A stretch of DNA of 64,000 bases. Origin: an uncultured delta proteobacterium (GTDB lineage: Bacteria; Desulfobacterota; Binatia; DP-6). The stretch covers positions 768,001-832,000 of the forward strand of contig CAWFFN010000008.1 in assembly GCA_963815115.1 (NCBI GenBank), read 5' to 3'. The position numbers were made by a program, and so were the translations under genes. Below the pieces are notes generated by a model. That model was given only the letters and a program-made list of their open reading frames with translations, did not search any database and was not told the DNA's origin. Shown piece after piece: positions 9,672 to 18,343 of the stretch. Within the stretch, counting starts at the first letter, position 1; every line of letters starts with the position of its first letter.

Positions 9672-10520
9672 ATGAGCGCCCTCGTCGAGGACGGCTCGCG
9701 CATCAGCCCGACCGCGCACTACACCGCGGACGTCTGGGTGCGCTCGGGTCTCTCGGATCCTGCTCTCTCCACCCGGCTCGGCGCGGTGCTCCATGCCGCG
9801 CTGGCACCGCTGAACCAGACCTACGGCCGCCTCTCGGGGCGGCCGAACCTCGACGCGATGCTCGTGGCGCGTCATCGCGCGCTCGACCGTCTCCTCGAGC
9901 GCGAGATCGCGGCGGGACGCGTCGGGCAGGTGATCGAGATCGCGGCCGGGCTCGCGGGTCGTGGCTACCGTTTCGCGAGACGCTTCCCCGCCTTGCGCTA
10001 CATCGAGACCGACCTGGCCGGCATGGCGGCGTACAAGCGCCGCGCGCTCGACGAGGCCGGGTTGCGCGGACCGAATCACGAGGTGCGGCCGCTCGACGCG
10101 CTCGCGGGCGACGGGCCGGCGAGCCTCGGAGCCGTCGCGGCCGAGCTCGTGGCGTCGCGCGGGCTCGCGATCATCACCGAAGGTCTTCTCAGCTACCTCG
10201 CCCGCGACGCCGTCCTGACGCTCTGGCGACGCGTCGCCGCGACGATCCGCGGCTTCGCGCACGGCTTCTACCTCTCCGACCTCCATCTTGCCTCCGACGT
10301 CGACGGGATGTGGATCCCCGAGCTGTTTCGCGTGGGGCTCGAGCTCTTCGCCCGCGGGCCGGTACGCTATCACTTCGCCTCGGCCGACGAGACGATGGCG
10401 GAGCTCCGCGCCGCGGGTTTCCGCGACGCACGTCTCTACTATCCGTCCGAGGTCGTGCCTCCCGATCGACCCGGCCGCGAGCCGGCGCACGTTATTCGCG
10501 TGCTGGCAGCGACGACTTAA
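9672..10520 (+). CDS. class I SAM-dependent methyltransferase (LCM-like)
   Basis: ISPTAHYT, VIEIAAGL, YIETDL, IITEGLLSYL. Confidence 0.85.
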   Translation: MSALVEDGSRISPTAHYTADVWVRSGLSDPALSTRLGAVLHAALAPLNQTYGRLSGRPNLDAMLVARHRALDRLLEREIAAGRVGQVIEIAAGLAGRGYRFARRFPALRYIETDLAGMAAYKRRALDEAGLRGPNHEVRPLDALAGDGPASLGAVAAELVASRGLAIITEGLLSYLARDAVLTLWRRVAATIRGFAHGFYLSDLHLASDVDGMWIPELFRVGLELFARGPVRYHFASADETMAELRAAGFRDARLYYPSEVVPPDRPGREPAHVIRVLAATT

Positions 10521-10569
10521 AGGAGGACGAGACATCCCGCCCGCCTTGCCCCGTACTCTCCAGATAACG

Positions 10570-10795
10570 CGTGACCCCAACTTCGAGAACGGATCGTGCA
10601 CCAACGCGATCGCGTCGTGCGCCGACATCGCAACCTGCCTCGCTGCGTCGGCGAGTCCGCGGTGGACCAGGCGATCACGCTCTCCTACGCGATGGTCGAA
10701 CCAGGATCAGTTCGGCATGAAATCGACTCTGAACAAGTGCCAGGGCGCGATCGGCAAGGAGACGACGAAGTTTCTGCAGCGAGCGATCTCGACCA
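10570..10795 (+). pseudogene. fragment of Cys-rich secreted repeat protein
   Basis: Frameshifted pieces CADIATCL / RCVGESAVDQAITLSY / LNKCQGAIGKETTKF; no start or stop context. Confidence 0.45.
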
Positions 10796-12118
10796 TGAGG
10801 CCGCGGCGTTGCCGACCCTCGGCCTCCGCGCGTCGGTGCTGTAGCACCACGGTCACGCGAACTGCGGCAAGAAGAGACGCGAACGTGGAGCGCGTGGGTG
10901 GACCTGCCCCGCGAGGGTTGACGAACGCCTCGGAGGCGGACGTTCGCTGGGATCCCTACCTCCGGATCGAGTTCCTCTCCGAGCTGTGCGGCGTCACGCG
11001 GCGATGTTGAGGGAGGCCGTGGCCAAGGCCTTCTCGCGGAGTTGGATCGCCGGGCTCATGACGGTGTAGCCGAGCTCACTGCGGCATCCACCGCACGTCG
11101 GCGGCTCGTACGGGTTGGCCGTGAGGCGCGCGCCGCACATGGGGCATGGCCGCATCGTCGTCGTCATGGCACGTCTCCGAAATCGGTCTCGGCGCCGTCG
11201 AAGTCGTCGCCGGGCCGTCCTTCCGCTGTCCTCAGTGACTCCCCTCGCTGCTCGACACCCTCGATTACACAGACGATACGAAGGTTGGTGTCGTGGCGCG
11301 GTCTGATTGCGGCGTTCTTATCCATGCGATTTTGCAACTCGTTCCGCCTACCCAAGGCGCGACGATCTACGCTCCAGCGGCCTGCGGCCGTTCGCCGCAT
11401 CGACGGTGCGTGCTGAGGAAGAGCGAACGGCGTGCCAACGAGCTATCGCAACTGAATGCCCACCGTTAGGTGATCAGGGCCTGGCTTGCCTGCGGGCCAA
11501 ACGTAGCTGGGAGCGACGAGATCGTGAGCGTAGGGCGCACGTGGATTCGACGCCCGCCGAGGAGATGAGCGGCTCGGGTGCCGGCGTGGTCCCTCCTGCC
11601 TGCCCCAAAATCAGCTAACGGATCGGGTACCCTAGGGACGCCCAGGCCCGTACGGTGTGAATCGTGGCGGCCGGCGTACAGGTTGCGCGGAGCCAATTGA
11701 AGAAACTTCAGCCGACCGGGCGCCCGTTCCCGGCCGGGAAACACGCTCTGCCGCAATACCGTCACCCTGGGGCGAAGGCTACGCGAACGCGCGCGGGACG
11801 GAGGCGGTCCGCAGTCGAGCCTGATGCGACGGTTCTACCTTGGGGTGGCCGTGACTCGCCATGACTGGAGAAACCTATCGCGCCGGGTTGGTTGAGCAGG
11901 CGGGTCACAGCGAAAGACGGCCCACGGCGCTGCGGCTCCGAATTCGCGTCTCGGCTCGCCAGCCCCCCCGCCCGCTTCGCGGCAACGCTATGACGATTCT
12001 GCTGTTCGCAGCGTCGTGCGTTGTCATCGACTAGGAGGAGTCGCGAGGTGTCCCGCGGCGCCCGCACCGGCGACACCGGACGGAGCCGTAACAGCTCAAC
12101 GCGCCACGGGATTTCAAA

Positions 12119-12338
12119 AGCCACCCGCCGGAGTCGAACCGGCGACCTACTAATTACGAAAGGACGCAGGAGGTTGCCGGCAGGTTCCGGCGGGTGCTCG
12201 TCTCTCGGAAGATTCAGGGGTTACGCGTTGGCGCTGACCCACCAGGAGGCACCGGCAGGCATGGGCATGGTGACTGGATGGAGACTGACCGATGCCTTGG
12301 TGAGGACAGTGACCTATTGATTCTCCACCCGCGGTGAG
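12119..12338 (-). mobile_element. type A att-like end, inverted copy (core 12119-12160)
   Basis: Reverse complement aligns to 2690-2907, including CAGTCTCCATCCAGTCACCATGCCCATGCC and the tRNA-Thr 3' half; more diverged arm. Confidence 0.85.
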
Positions 12339-12444
12339 CGCGCGAGGCGAAGAGGATGGCGCGCTGCTTGGGTTGCCGGGGTGACCACTCACAGCCCCCT
12401 TTGGCGTCGCCCCAATAGTGAAGAACATGCGGCCAGGATCGGCC

Positions 12445-12729
12445 TCAGGCCGCGCGCCGGACCCGGATGTAGGCTTCCAGCCCTGCGGCTTCTACGAGCC
12501 GCAGCACGCGATCGATCGTGACCTTCTGCAGGCTCCCTGAGAGAATGCCCGTGACGGCGCTTCGGGAAAGGCCGGAGTGCGCGGCCAGCTCAGCATGCGT
12601 GAGGCCTCGTCGATCGACCTCTCGCAGGACAGCCGCGATGAGCTGTGCCTTGAGCACTGCCTCGAGACCGCGGCTCTTCGGGATGCCGAGGAGCTTTGCC
12701 AGGCGGTCGGCGGACGTCTTCTTGCTCAT
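12445..12729 (-). CDS. XRE-family HTH antitoxin (HigA-like)
   Basis: GLTHAELAAHSGLSRSAVTGILSG HTH; ATGA overlap with the upstream toxin. Confidence 0.85.
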   Translation of the reverse strand: MSKKTSADRLAKLLGIPKSRGLEAVLKAQLIAAVLREVDRRGLTHAELAAHSGLSRSAVTGILSGSLQKVTIDRVLRLVEAAGLEAYIRVRRAA

Positions 12730-13043
12730 TGCGTCAGCTCCTTCAGACGCTTTCGCGCCAGATCGATGTGGCGTCCAGGGGTTGTCTGCGTGGTCTTCTT
12801 GAAGGTGTGTAGGACATGTACCGCTCCACGACGAATGAGCGCGTAGATCACCCGGTAGTGACCGGAACGATCGCGAAGCCGTAGCTCATGGACGGCCCGG
12901 CCAATGCTGGGCATGGCACGTGACAGCGGCATGGCGAGCATGAGGCCAGCGTCGAGGCGGGCGAGCGCATCTGCGAGATCGCTACGCACATCCATCGGGA
13001 ATGCATCAAGCTCTCGGCGACAAGCCGGGACGATGATGATCAC
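12726..13043 (-). CDS. RelE/ParE-family Gp49-like (HigB-type) toxin
   Basis: MPLSRAM, VHELRLRD, YRVIY, VLHTFKKTTQTT. Confidence 0.88.
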   Translation of the reverse strand: MIIIVPACRRELDAFPMDVRSDLADALARLDAGLMLAMPLSRAMPSIGRAVHELRLRDRSGHYRVIYALIRRGAVHVLHTFKKTTQTTPGRHIDLARKRLKELTQ

Positions 13044-13051
13044 ATGCTAGG

Positions 13052-13067
13052 GTCTCATAAATGAGAC
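13052..13067. promoter_or_regulatory. palindromic operator upstream of the higBA-like operon
   Basis: GTCTCAT-AA-ATGAGAC perfect inverted repeat just upstream of the toxin start. Confidence 0.7.
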
Positions 13068-13165
13068 GTGAGGTCCAGTCTGCGGGTGGTCGCGCGCGAG
13101 TGGGAGGCCGGACCTTCCCAGGGGACCGGCGCGTGTCAATGAGATGAGAGAGGGGCATGGTGAAA

Positions 13166-14308
13166 TTACTGTCCCGCCGCGACGTCGAGCTCCGCGAGCA
13201 GGAGGTCGTCCGCAGCCACGAGCATCGAGACTGGGGGGGTACCTGGACCTTGGACCGGCTCCGTTGCGGGCGTCTGCGGGGCTCTGAGCGCGACGTTTCT
13301 TCGCGATCGCGGGCTCGGAACGCCATTGCGGTCGAGGGCCGGCGGATTGATCCACACTTCCGTCGGGGGCTGTTGCACCCGCGGTGTCTTCCCCTTGAAG
13401 CGTTCGGGATGAGCCGCGAATGCCGCCGCGAGCGTTTCCCCCCGTCGTGCCACGATCGCCAGGGCCGTCCCGCTGTGCACGCTCACCGGCGTCAGGAACC
13501 CGATCCCGCTGTGCCGATGCTCTTCGTTGTACCAGGGGAAGAATCGCCGCAGGAATCCCAGGGCGTCCTGCTGCGACCCGAATCGCTCGGGAAACTCCGG
13601 ACGCGACTTCAACGTGCGAAACTGCGACTCCGAAAACGGATTGTCGTTGCTGGTGTACGGTCGCGTCAGGCTCCGCGTGATCGACAGGTCGGCCAACAGC
13701 TGGCCCACCGTCTTCGACGTCATCGCCGGCCCGCGGTCGGAGTGCAGCGTCAGGACCGCCTCCGCGATCCCCTCCTTCTCGCAGCTCTCCTTGATCAAGC
13801 GGCGCGCCAACGTCGCCGACTCTCGATCCGCCAAGAGCCACCCCACCACGTAGCGGCTGAAGATGTCGAGCAGCACGTAGAGGTAGAAGTACGTCCACTT
13901 CGCCGGCCCCTTGAGCTTCGTGATGTCCCACGACCACACCTGGTTCGGTCCCGTCGCCAGGAGCTCGGGCCGCGTCGCCACCGGGTGGCGCAGCTGGTTG
14001 CGCCGCTCGCGGACTTCCCCGTGCCGATCGAGAATCCGGTACATCGTCCGCAGCGAGCAGTGGTAGGTTCCCTCCTCGAGCAACGTCGCGTACACCTCCG
14101 CCGGAGCCTGGTCGATGAACCGTTCCGAATGCAGCACGTCGAGAACGGCAGCCTCCTCGACCTCGGACAATGCCAGCGGCGGCCGCGATCGAACCGCCGT
14201 CTCCGAACATGGTCGCCGCCACCGGTAAAAACTTGCCGGGGCCACGCCCAACGCCCCACAGGCGGCCTGGACCCCCACGGCGTCGGCCAACGTCTGCGCC
14301 GTCGCCAT
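13166..14308 (-). CDS. IS3 transposase OrfB (DDE integrase core)
   Basis: PNQVWSWDIT, LDIFSRYVVGW, LHSDRG, NDNPFSES; in the -1 frame relative to orfA. Confidence 0.92.
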   Translation of the reverse strand: MATAQTLADAVGVQAACGALGVAPASFYRWRRPCSETAVRSRPPLALSEVEEAAVLDVLHSERFIDQAPAEVYATLLEEGTYHCSLRTMYRILDRHGEVRERRNQLRHPVATRPELLATGPNQVWSWDITKLKGPAKWTYFYLYVLLDIFSRYVVGWLLADRESATLARRLIKESCEKEGIAEAVLTLHSDRGPAMTSKTVGQLLADLSITRSLTRPYTSNDNPFSESQFRTLKSRPEFPERFGSQQDALGFLRRFFPWYNEEHRHSGIGFLTPVSVHSGTALAIVARRGETLAAAFAAHPERFKGKTPRVQQPPTEVWINPPALDRNGVPSPRSRRNVALRAPQTPATEPVQGPGTPPVSMLVAADDLLLAELDVAAGQ

Positions 14309-14787
14309 CAGCTCCCGACCTCCTCGTCGCTCGGCGGCAGCCCCAGCAACTGTGAGACTTTTTTTTGAACGTCGATGATCACGTGCGCCTTGCGCAGCTC
14401 CTCCCGCAGCCGCGCGTTCTCCCGCTCCATCCCGGCGAGTCGCTTCGCCAACGGATGCGCCACCGCCTTGCGCCCGCGCGCGTGCCCCGCCAGCCCGACC
14501 AACGCCCCCGCCTCGCGCTGCTGACGCCACACGCTCAGATGCGACGTGTAGAGCCCCTCGCGTCGCAGCAGCGCCCCGATCTCCCCCGGCTCGCGACACC
14601 CGTCGGCCTCGGCCAGGAGCTGTCGCTTGTACTCGGCCGTGAACCGGCGCCGCTGCGCCTTCGCCGGAACCTCCGGATTCTTGCGGCCCGTCGGCGCCGG
14701 CGCGCCCGCAACTTCAGTCGCCCTACGGGCTCCTTCCGTTCCGGGCGCGCTTCCTGATCCCCCGCCATCCCTCACCTTCACTCCCAC
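14308..14787 (-). CDS. IS3 transposase OrfA (HTH plus leucine zipper)
   Basis: RRRFTAEYK, IGALLRREGLY, ENARLREEL...DVQKKV; true start uncertain. Confidence 0.88.
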   Translation of the reverse strand: MGVKVRDGGGSGSAPGTEGARRATEVAGAPAPTGRKNPEVPAKAQRRRFTAEYKRQLLAEADGCREPGEIGALLRREGLYTSHLSVWRQQREAGALVGLAGHARGRKAVAHPLAKRLAGMERENARLREELRKAHVIIDVQKKVSQLLGLPPSDEEVGS

Positions 14788-15973
14788 CTCGCTCGCCTTC
14801 CTCCGTCCCCTCGTACACTAAATTCGGATCGCCTCCTCTCTCACGTTCATTGGCACAGGGGGGCTGTCGTATCAGGTTCCCGAGTCGCCACAGGCCTTTC
14901 GCGCCGTCGTTCATGAAGCTCGCGCCTGCATTCGCGACGATGAAGTGCATGCATCCCGCCCGCGCGATCGGCGCCACCTGTTCGCAGATCTCCCGCGGAC
15001 TGCCGGCATAGATGACCGTCTCGATGATGGCCGCCGTCATCGTCGCGGCTGCCTGGTCCACGTGCTCCCGGCCCACCCACGTCGGTACCAGATCCGGGAA
15101 CCCACCGTGCGATGCCCCCAGCGGATGGCTCCGCCCATGCGCTCGCCACACGCTCGCCGGCGCCCCCAGCGCCATCGCCGCGCACACGAGGCTCCGGAGC
15201 GCCCGTTCGAGCACCTGCTCCCGGCTCTCCCCGAGCGCGACCAGCATCGTGTGCGTCGCCGTGAAGCGCTCGAGGCTCCGTCCCGCCTCCTCGGCGGCGC
15301 GGCGGATCACTCCGAGCCGCTTTGCGTACTCCTCACCCGATACGCGCTGCCCCGGCAGCCAGCCATCGCCGAAGCGGCCCGCGAGACGCAGCATGCGCGG
15401 ATAGTGCGCGGCGACGAAGAGCCGCGGCGGCTTCCGGCCATACAACGGCAGGCCGAACACGGCGTCGCGCAGCGTCCAGAACCGCCCCGAGTAACTGACT
15501 GGCCGCCCGCCGCTCGCCCACAGCAGCCGAATGATCGTCAGCGCCTCCTCGAGCCGCTCGACGTTCTGCCCGTACGGCAGCCCGTACGGCTCGGTGTTCT
15601 CCCGGATGCCGTTGCCGATGCCGAGGATCGCGCGCCCCCGGGAGATGTGGTCGAGCGTCACGAACGACTGTGCAAGCGACATCGGGTGCCGGCGGATGCT
15701 CTCCGTGACCGACGTGCCGACGTCGACGCGCCGAATCCGCTTCGCGGTGAGCGCCAGCACCTGGAGCGGATCGAAGAGAGCGTCGATCGACGGCACGATC
15801 CGCGCCGCGGCCGTGATGCCCGGCCGCCAGACCTCCGGGGGCGTGAAGCTCATGAAGTGGTCGGGTACCCAGATCGCGGACGCGCCCATCAGCCGTGCCA
15901 GGCGCATATTGATCCGCGAGACCCAGAGTGGGTACACGCAGGCGTCTTGGTAGCCGACCGTCACGCGCGCCAT
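14723..15973 (-). CDS. LLM-class flavin/F420-dependent oxidoreductase, 3' end runs into IS3
   Basis: WVPDH, DP...L, RRHP..LAQ, SRGRAILGIG.G, AGRFGDGW; native sequence ends at 14858 and the ORF reads on into the IS end. Confidence 0.85.
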   Translation of the reverse strand: MARVTVGYQDACVYPLWVSRINMRLARLMGASAIWVPDHFMSFTPPEVWRPGITAAARIVPSIDALFDPLQVLALTAKRIRRVDVGTSVTESIRRHPMSLAQSFVTLDHISRGRAILGIGNGIRENTEPYGLPYGQNVERLEEALTIIRLLWASGGRPVSYSGRFWTLRDAVFGLPLYGRKPPRLFVAAHYPRMLRLAGRFGDGWLPGQRVSGEEYAKRLGVIRRAAEEAGRSLERFTATHTMLVALGESREQVLERALRSLVCAAMALGAPASVWRAHGRSHPLGASHGGFPDLVPTWVGREHVDQAAATMTAAIIETVIYAGSPREICEQVAPIARAGCMHFIVANAGASFMNDGAKGLWRLGNLIRQPPCANERERGGDPNLVYEGTEEGERGGSEGEGWRGIRKRARNGRSP

Positions 15974-16035
15974 CGTTCGTCCATCGCCGGCCCGCATAGC
16001 ATGCCGGCGGCGCCGACCCGCTGCAGGCCCCCGCT

Positions 16036-16475
16036 GTGACCTGGCGGGTGATCCAGTGGGCGACCGGCAACGTCGGCCGCGCGGCCGTTCAGGGCATCGT
16101 TTCCCATCCGGAGCTGGAGCTCGTCGGCGCCTGGGTGCAGCGCGGACAAGGCGGGACGCGACGTCGGCGAGCTGTGTGGCGTCGGTCCGCTCGGCGTCCG
16201 GGCCACGGCCGACGTCGACGAGATTTTGACGCTGCGGGCGGACTGCGTCGTCTACGCGCCCCTTCTGCCGCAGTTCGACGAGGTGGTCCGCCTGCTCGAG
16301 TCGGGAAAGAACGTTGTGACGCCCGTAGGCTGGTTCTATCCAGGGCGCTCGGCGGGCGTTGCGGAGCTGGAGGCCGCCTGCCGGACGGGCGGCGTGTCAC
16401 TGCACGGCACCGGCATTCATCCCGGTGGGATCACGGAGCTCTTGCCGCTGACGCTCTCGGCGCTGTCTTGCCATC
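16036..16475 (+). pseudogene. dihydrodipicolinate reductase-like NAD(P)-binding protein, frameshifted 5' fragment
   Basis: RVIQWATGNVG then, in another frame, ADCVVYAP, LLESGKNVV, SLHGTGIHPG; truncated. Confidence 0.8.
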
Positions 16476-16480
16476 CGCCC

Positions 16481-16620
16481 CGAGAGGGTCAGCATATTCA
16501 ACGTCTCGGGCCAGTCGCCGCCCCACGACTCCGTGGTGACCAGCCGCTCGGGCGGCGTGACCTCTCGATACACGCCGCGCATCGCCATCTCGGTGCCGTC
16601 GGAACTGCGCCAGAACAGGG
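16481..16620 (-). pseudogene. SRPBCC/AHSA1 domain internal fragment
   Basis: MRGVYREVTPPERLVTTE. Confidence 0.7.
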
Positions 16621-16747
16621 GGTACCGGGCGAATGGCGGCTATGCCGCCTCGTCGGCTGAGCCCGGGGCCGCGCGGCACGCGGGTATTGCGGCGGCCGCC
16701 GGAACAGCTTCGATGGCGGCTGCCTGCCCGTCGGACCCGCCACCACC

Positions 16748-17030
16748 ACCATCACCCCCGCCCGCTTCGACGCCGTCATCTTCGACCTCGACGGCGTCGT
16801 GACGCACACCGCACAGACAGACGCCGCTGCCTGGAAGCGCACCTTCGACGAGTTCCTCGCCGGCCACGCCGGGGAGCGCCCCGTCGTTCCCTTCAGCGAC
16901 GAAGACTACCGGTCGTTCGTCGACGGCCGCCCCGGGTCTCGACGGGGGGGCGTTTCTCGCGTCGCGCGGCATCGCGCTTCCCGAAGGAACGCCCGACGAC
17001 GCCCCAGGGAGCGCCACCGTGTGGGCGCGT
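16748..17030 (+). pseudogene. HAD beta-phosphoglucomutase-like 5' fragment
   Basis: FDAVIFDLDGVVT, AAAWKRTFD, DY..FVDGRP. Confidence 0.75.
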
Positions 17031-17083
17031 CCGTGGCGACCGGCGGTCGTGGCGGAACCCAGTTTGCTGCTAGGTTCGTCGGC

Positions 17084-17515
17084 ATGAACCCACTCCTCGA
17101 AAGCGTCATGGGTCCGCTGCTCACCGTGCACCAGTGGCTCTACGAGAACACCGATGGACGGATCGGCGCGAGCCTCGGGGGCCGGCCGATGCTGCTTCTG
17201 CGCACCGTCGGGCGTCGTAGCCGTGAGCCCCGCACCGCCGCGCTGCTCTACGTGCGCGATGGGAACGCGTACGCGGTGATCGCGTCGAAGGGTGGCGCGC
17301 CGCACCACCCGGGGTGGTTCCACAACCTCACCGCTCAGCCCGACGTGGAGATCCAGGTGGGCCGCGCGCGGATCCCGGTGCGCGCCCGGGTCGCCGAGGG
17401 CGAGGAGCGCTCCCGACTCTGGGCGCGCGCGGACGAGATCAACCAGGGCCAGTACGCCACGTACCAGTGCCGCACGAGCCGCGTGATCCCGGTCGTGGTG
17501 CTCGAGCCGCGCTGA
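17084..17515 (+). CDS. deazaflavin (F420)-dependent nitroreductase family protein
   Basis: LLLRTVGRRS..PR, IASKGG...HPGWFHNL, YQ.RT.R.IPVV. Confidence 0.9.
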   Translation: MNPLLESVMGPLLTVHQWLYENTDGRIGASLGGRPMLLLRTVGRRSREPRTAALLYVRDGNAYAVIASKGGAPHHPGWFHNLTAQPDVEIQVGRARIPVRARVAEGEERSRLWARADEINQGQYATYQCRTSRVIPVVVLEPR

Positions 17516-18029
17516 GCGCTCGGGATCCCCAATGGTGAGTGCACTCGGCGCCTACCGTCGAAGGAGGACCGCAGGATGCGACGACTCATCGTGCTGCCGA
17601 TCCTGGTCCCGCTGTTCGCCCCGGCCTCGACGAGCGACGCCGCCCAGTGCACCACCCGCAACGAGGCCCGGAGCGTCTGCAAGGTCCTTCGCCGCCGCAT
17701 CGCCTGCAACCAGTGTGCGTTCCGCTCCGCCCCTTCGGGCTCGTGCCTGAGGCCCCCCGCCCCGTCCGCGTGCGCCGGGACCATCGTCGACGACGCGGTG
17801 GCGCTCACCTTCGGCGATAACCTGCTCCCCGCGCACACGTCGACCGCCGCGCGCTCCGGAGCCAGCGGTGCTGCCAGAAGCAGATCGGCAAGGCGGTCGG
17901 CAAGTTCCTCCGCCAGCTCCGCCACGACGGGCCGTAAGCGCGAGCGACGAGCGCACGGGATACAGCTTCGGCGACTCGCCTCCCCCGGTGTCTACCGCCG
18001 GTTGAGGGTGCGAGCGTCGCAGCACGGGC

Positions 18030-18330
18030 TCGCGATCACGGAGGTGCGCGCCATCCGCAAACGCGACTCCTATCTTGCGGCTCAGTACCGCCGGCTCGTC
18101 AAGCGGCGCGGCGACAAGAAGGCCGTCATCGCGGTCGCCCACAGCATCCTGATCATCGCCTACACGTCCTGCGGAACGGGCAGTCCCATCGCGAACTTGG
18201 CGGCGCCTACTTCGACCACCTGAATGCCCAGCGCCTCACCCGGTATCACACGACACGCCTCGCCGCGCTCGGCTACACGGTGACCCTCAGGAAGCACGCG
18301 GCCTGACACCGCCCTCCTTTTTCGTAGTAT
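18030..18330 (+). mobile_element. IS110-family transposase C-terminal remnant and right end
   Basis: SYLAAQYRRLVKRRGDKKAVIAVAHSIL..., YFD...RLAALGYTVTL, stop 18304-18306. Confidence 0.85.
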
Positions 18331-18343
18331 CGACCAAGCCCCG

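Larger units (their letters stand above)
13132..14857 (-). mobile_element. IS3-family insertion sequence, apparently complete
   Basis: Imperfect terminal IRs CGTGTCAATGAGATGAGAGAGG and TGTGCCAATGAACGTGAGAGAGG; orfA/orfB with A8 slippery run at 14359-14366; no clear target duplication. Confidence 0.9.

Noticed and set aside
11431-11472. Second attC-like site (GCCAAC...CTGA...GTTAGGT)
   Set aside because: About 40 bp, too short, and lacks paired L boxes
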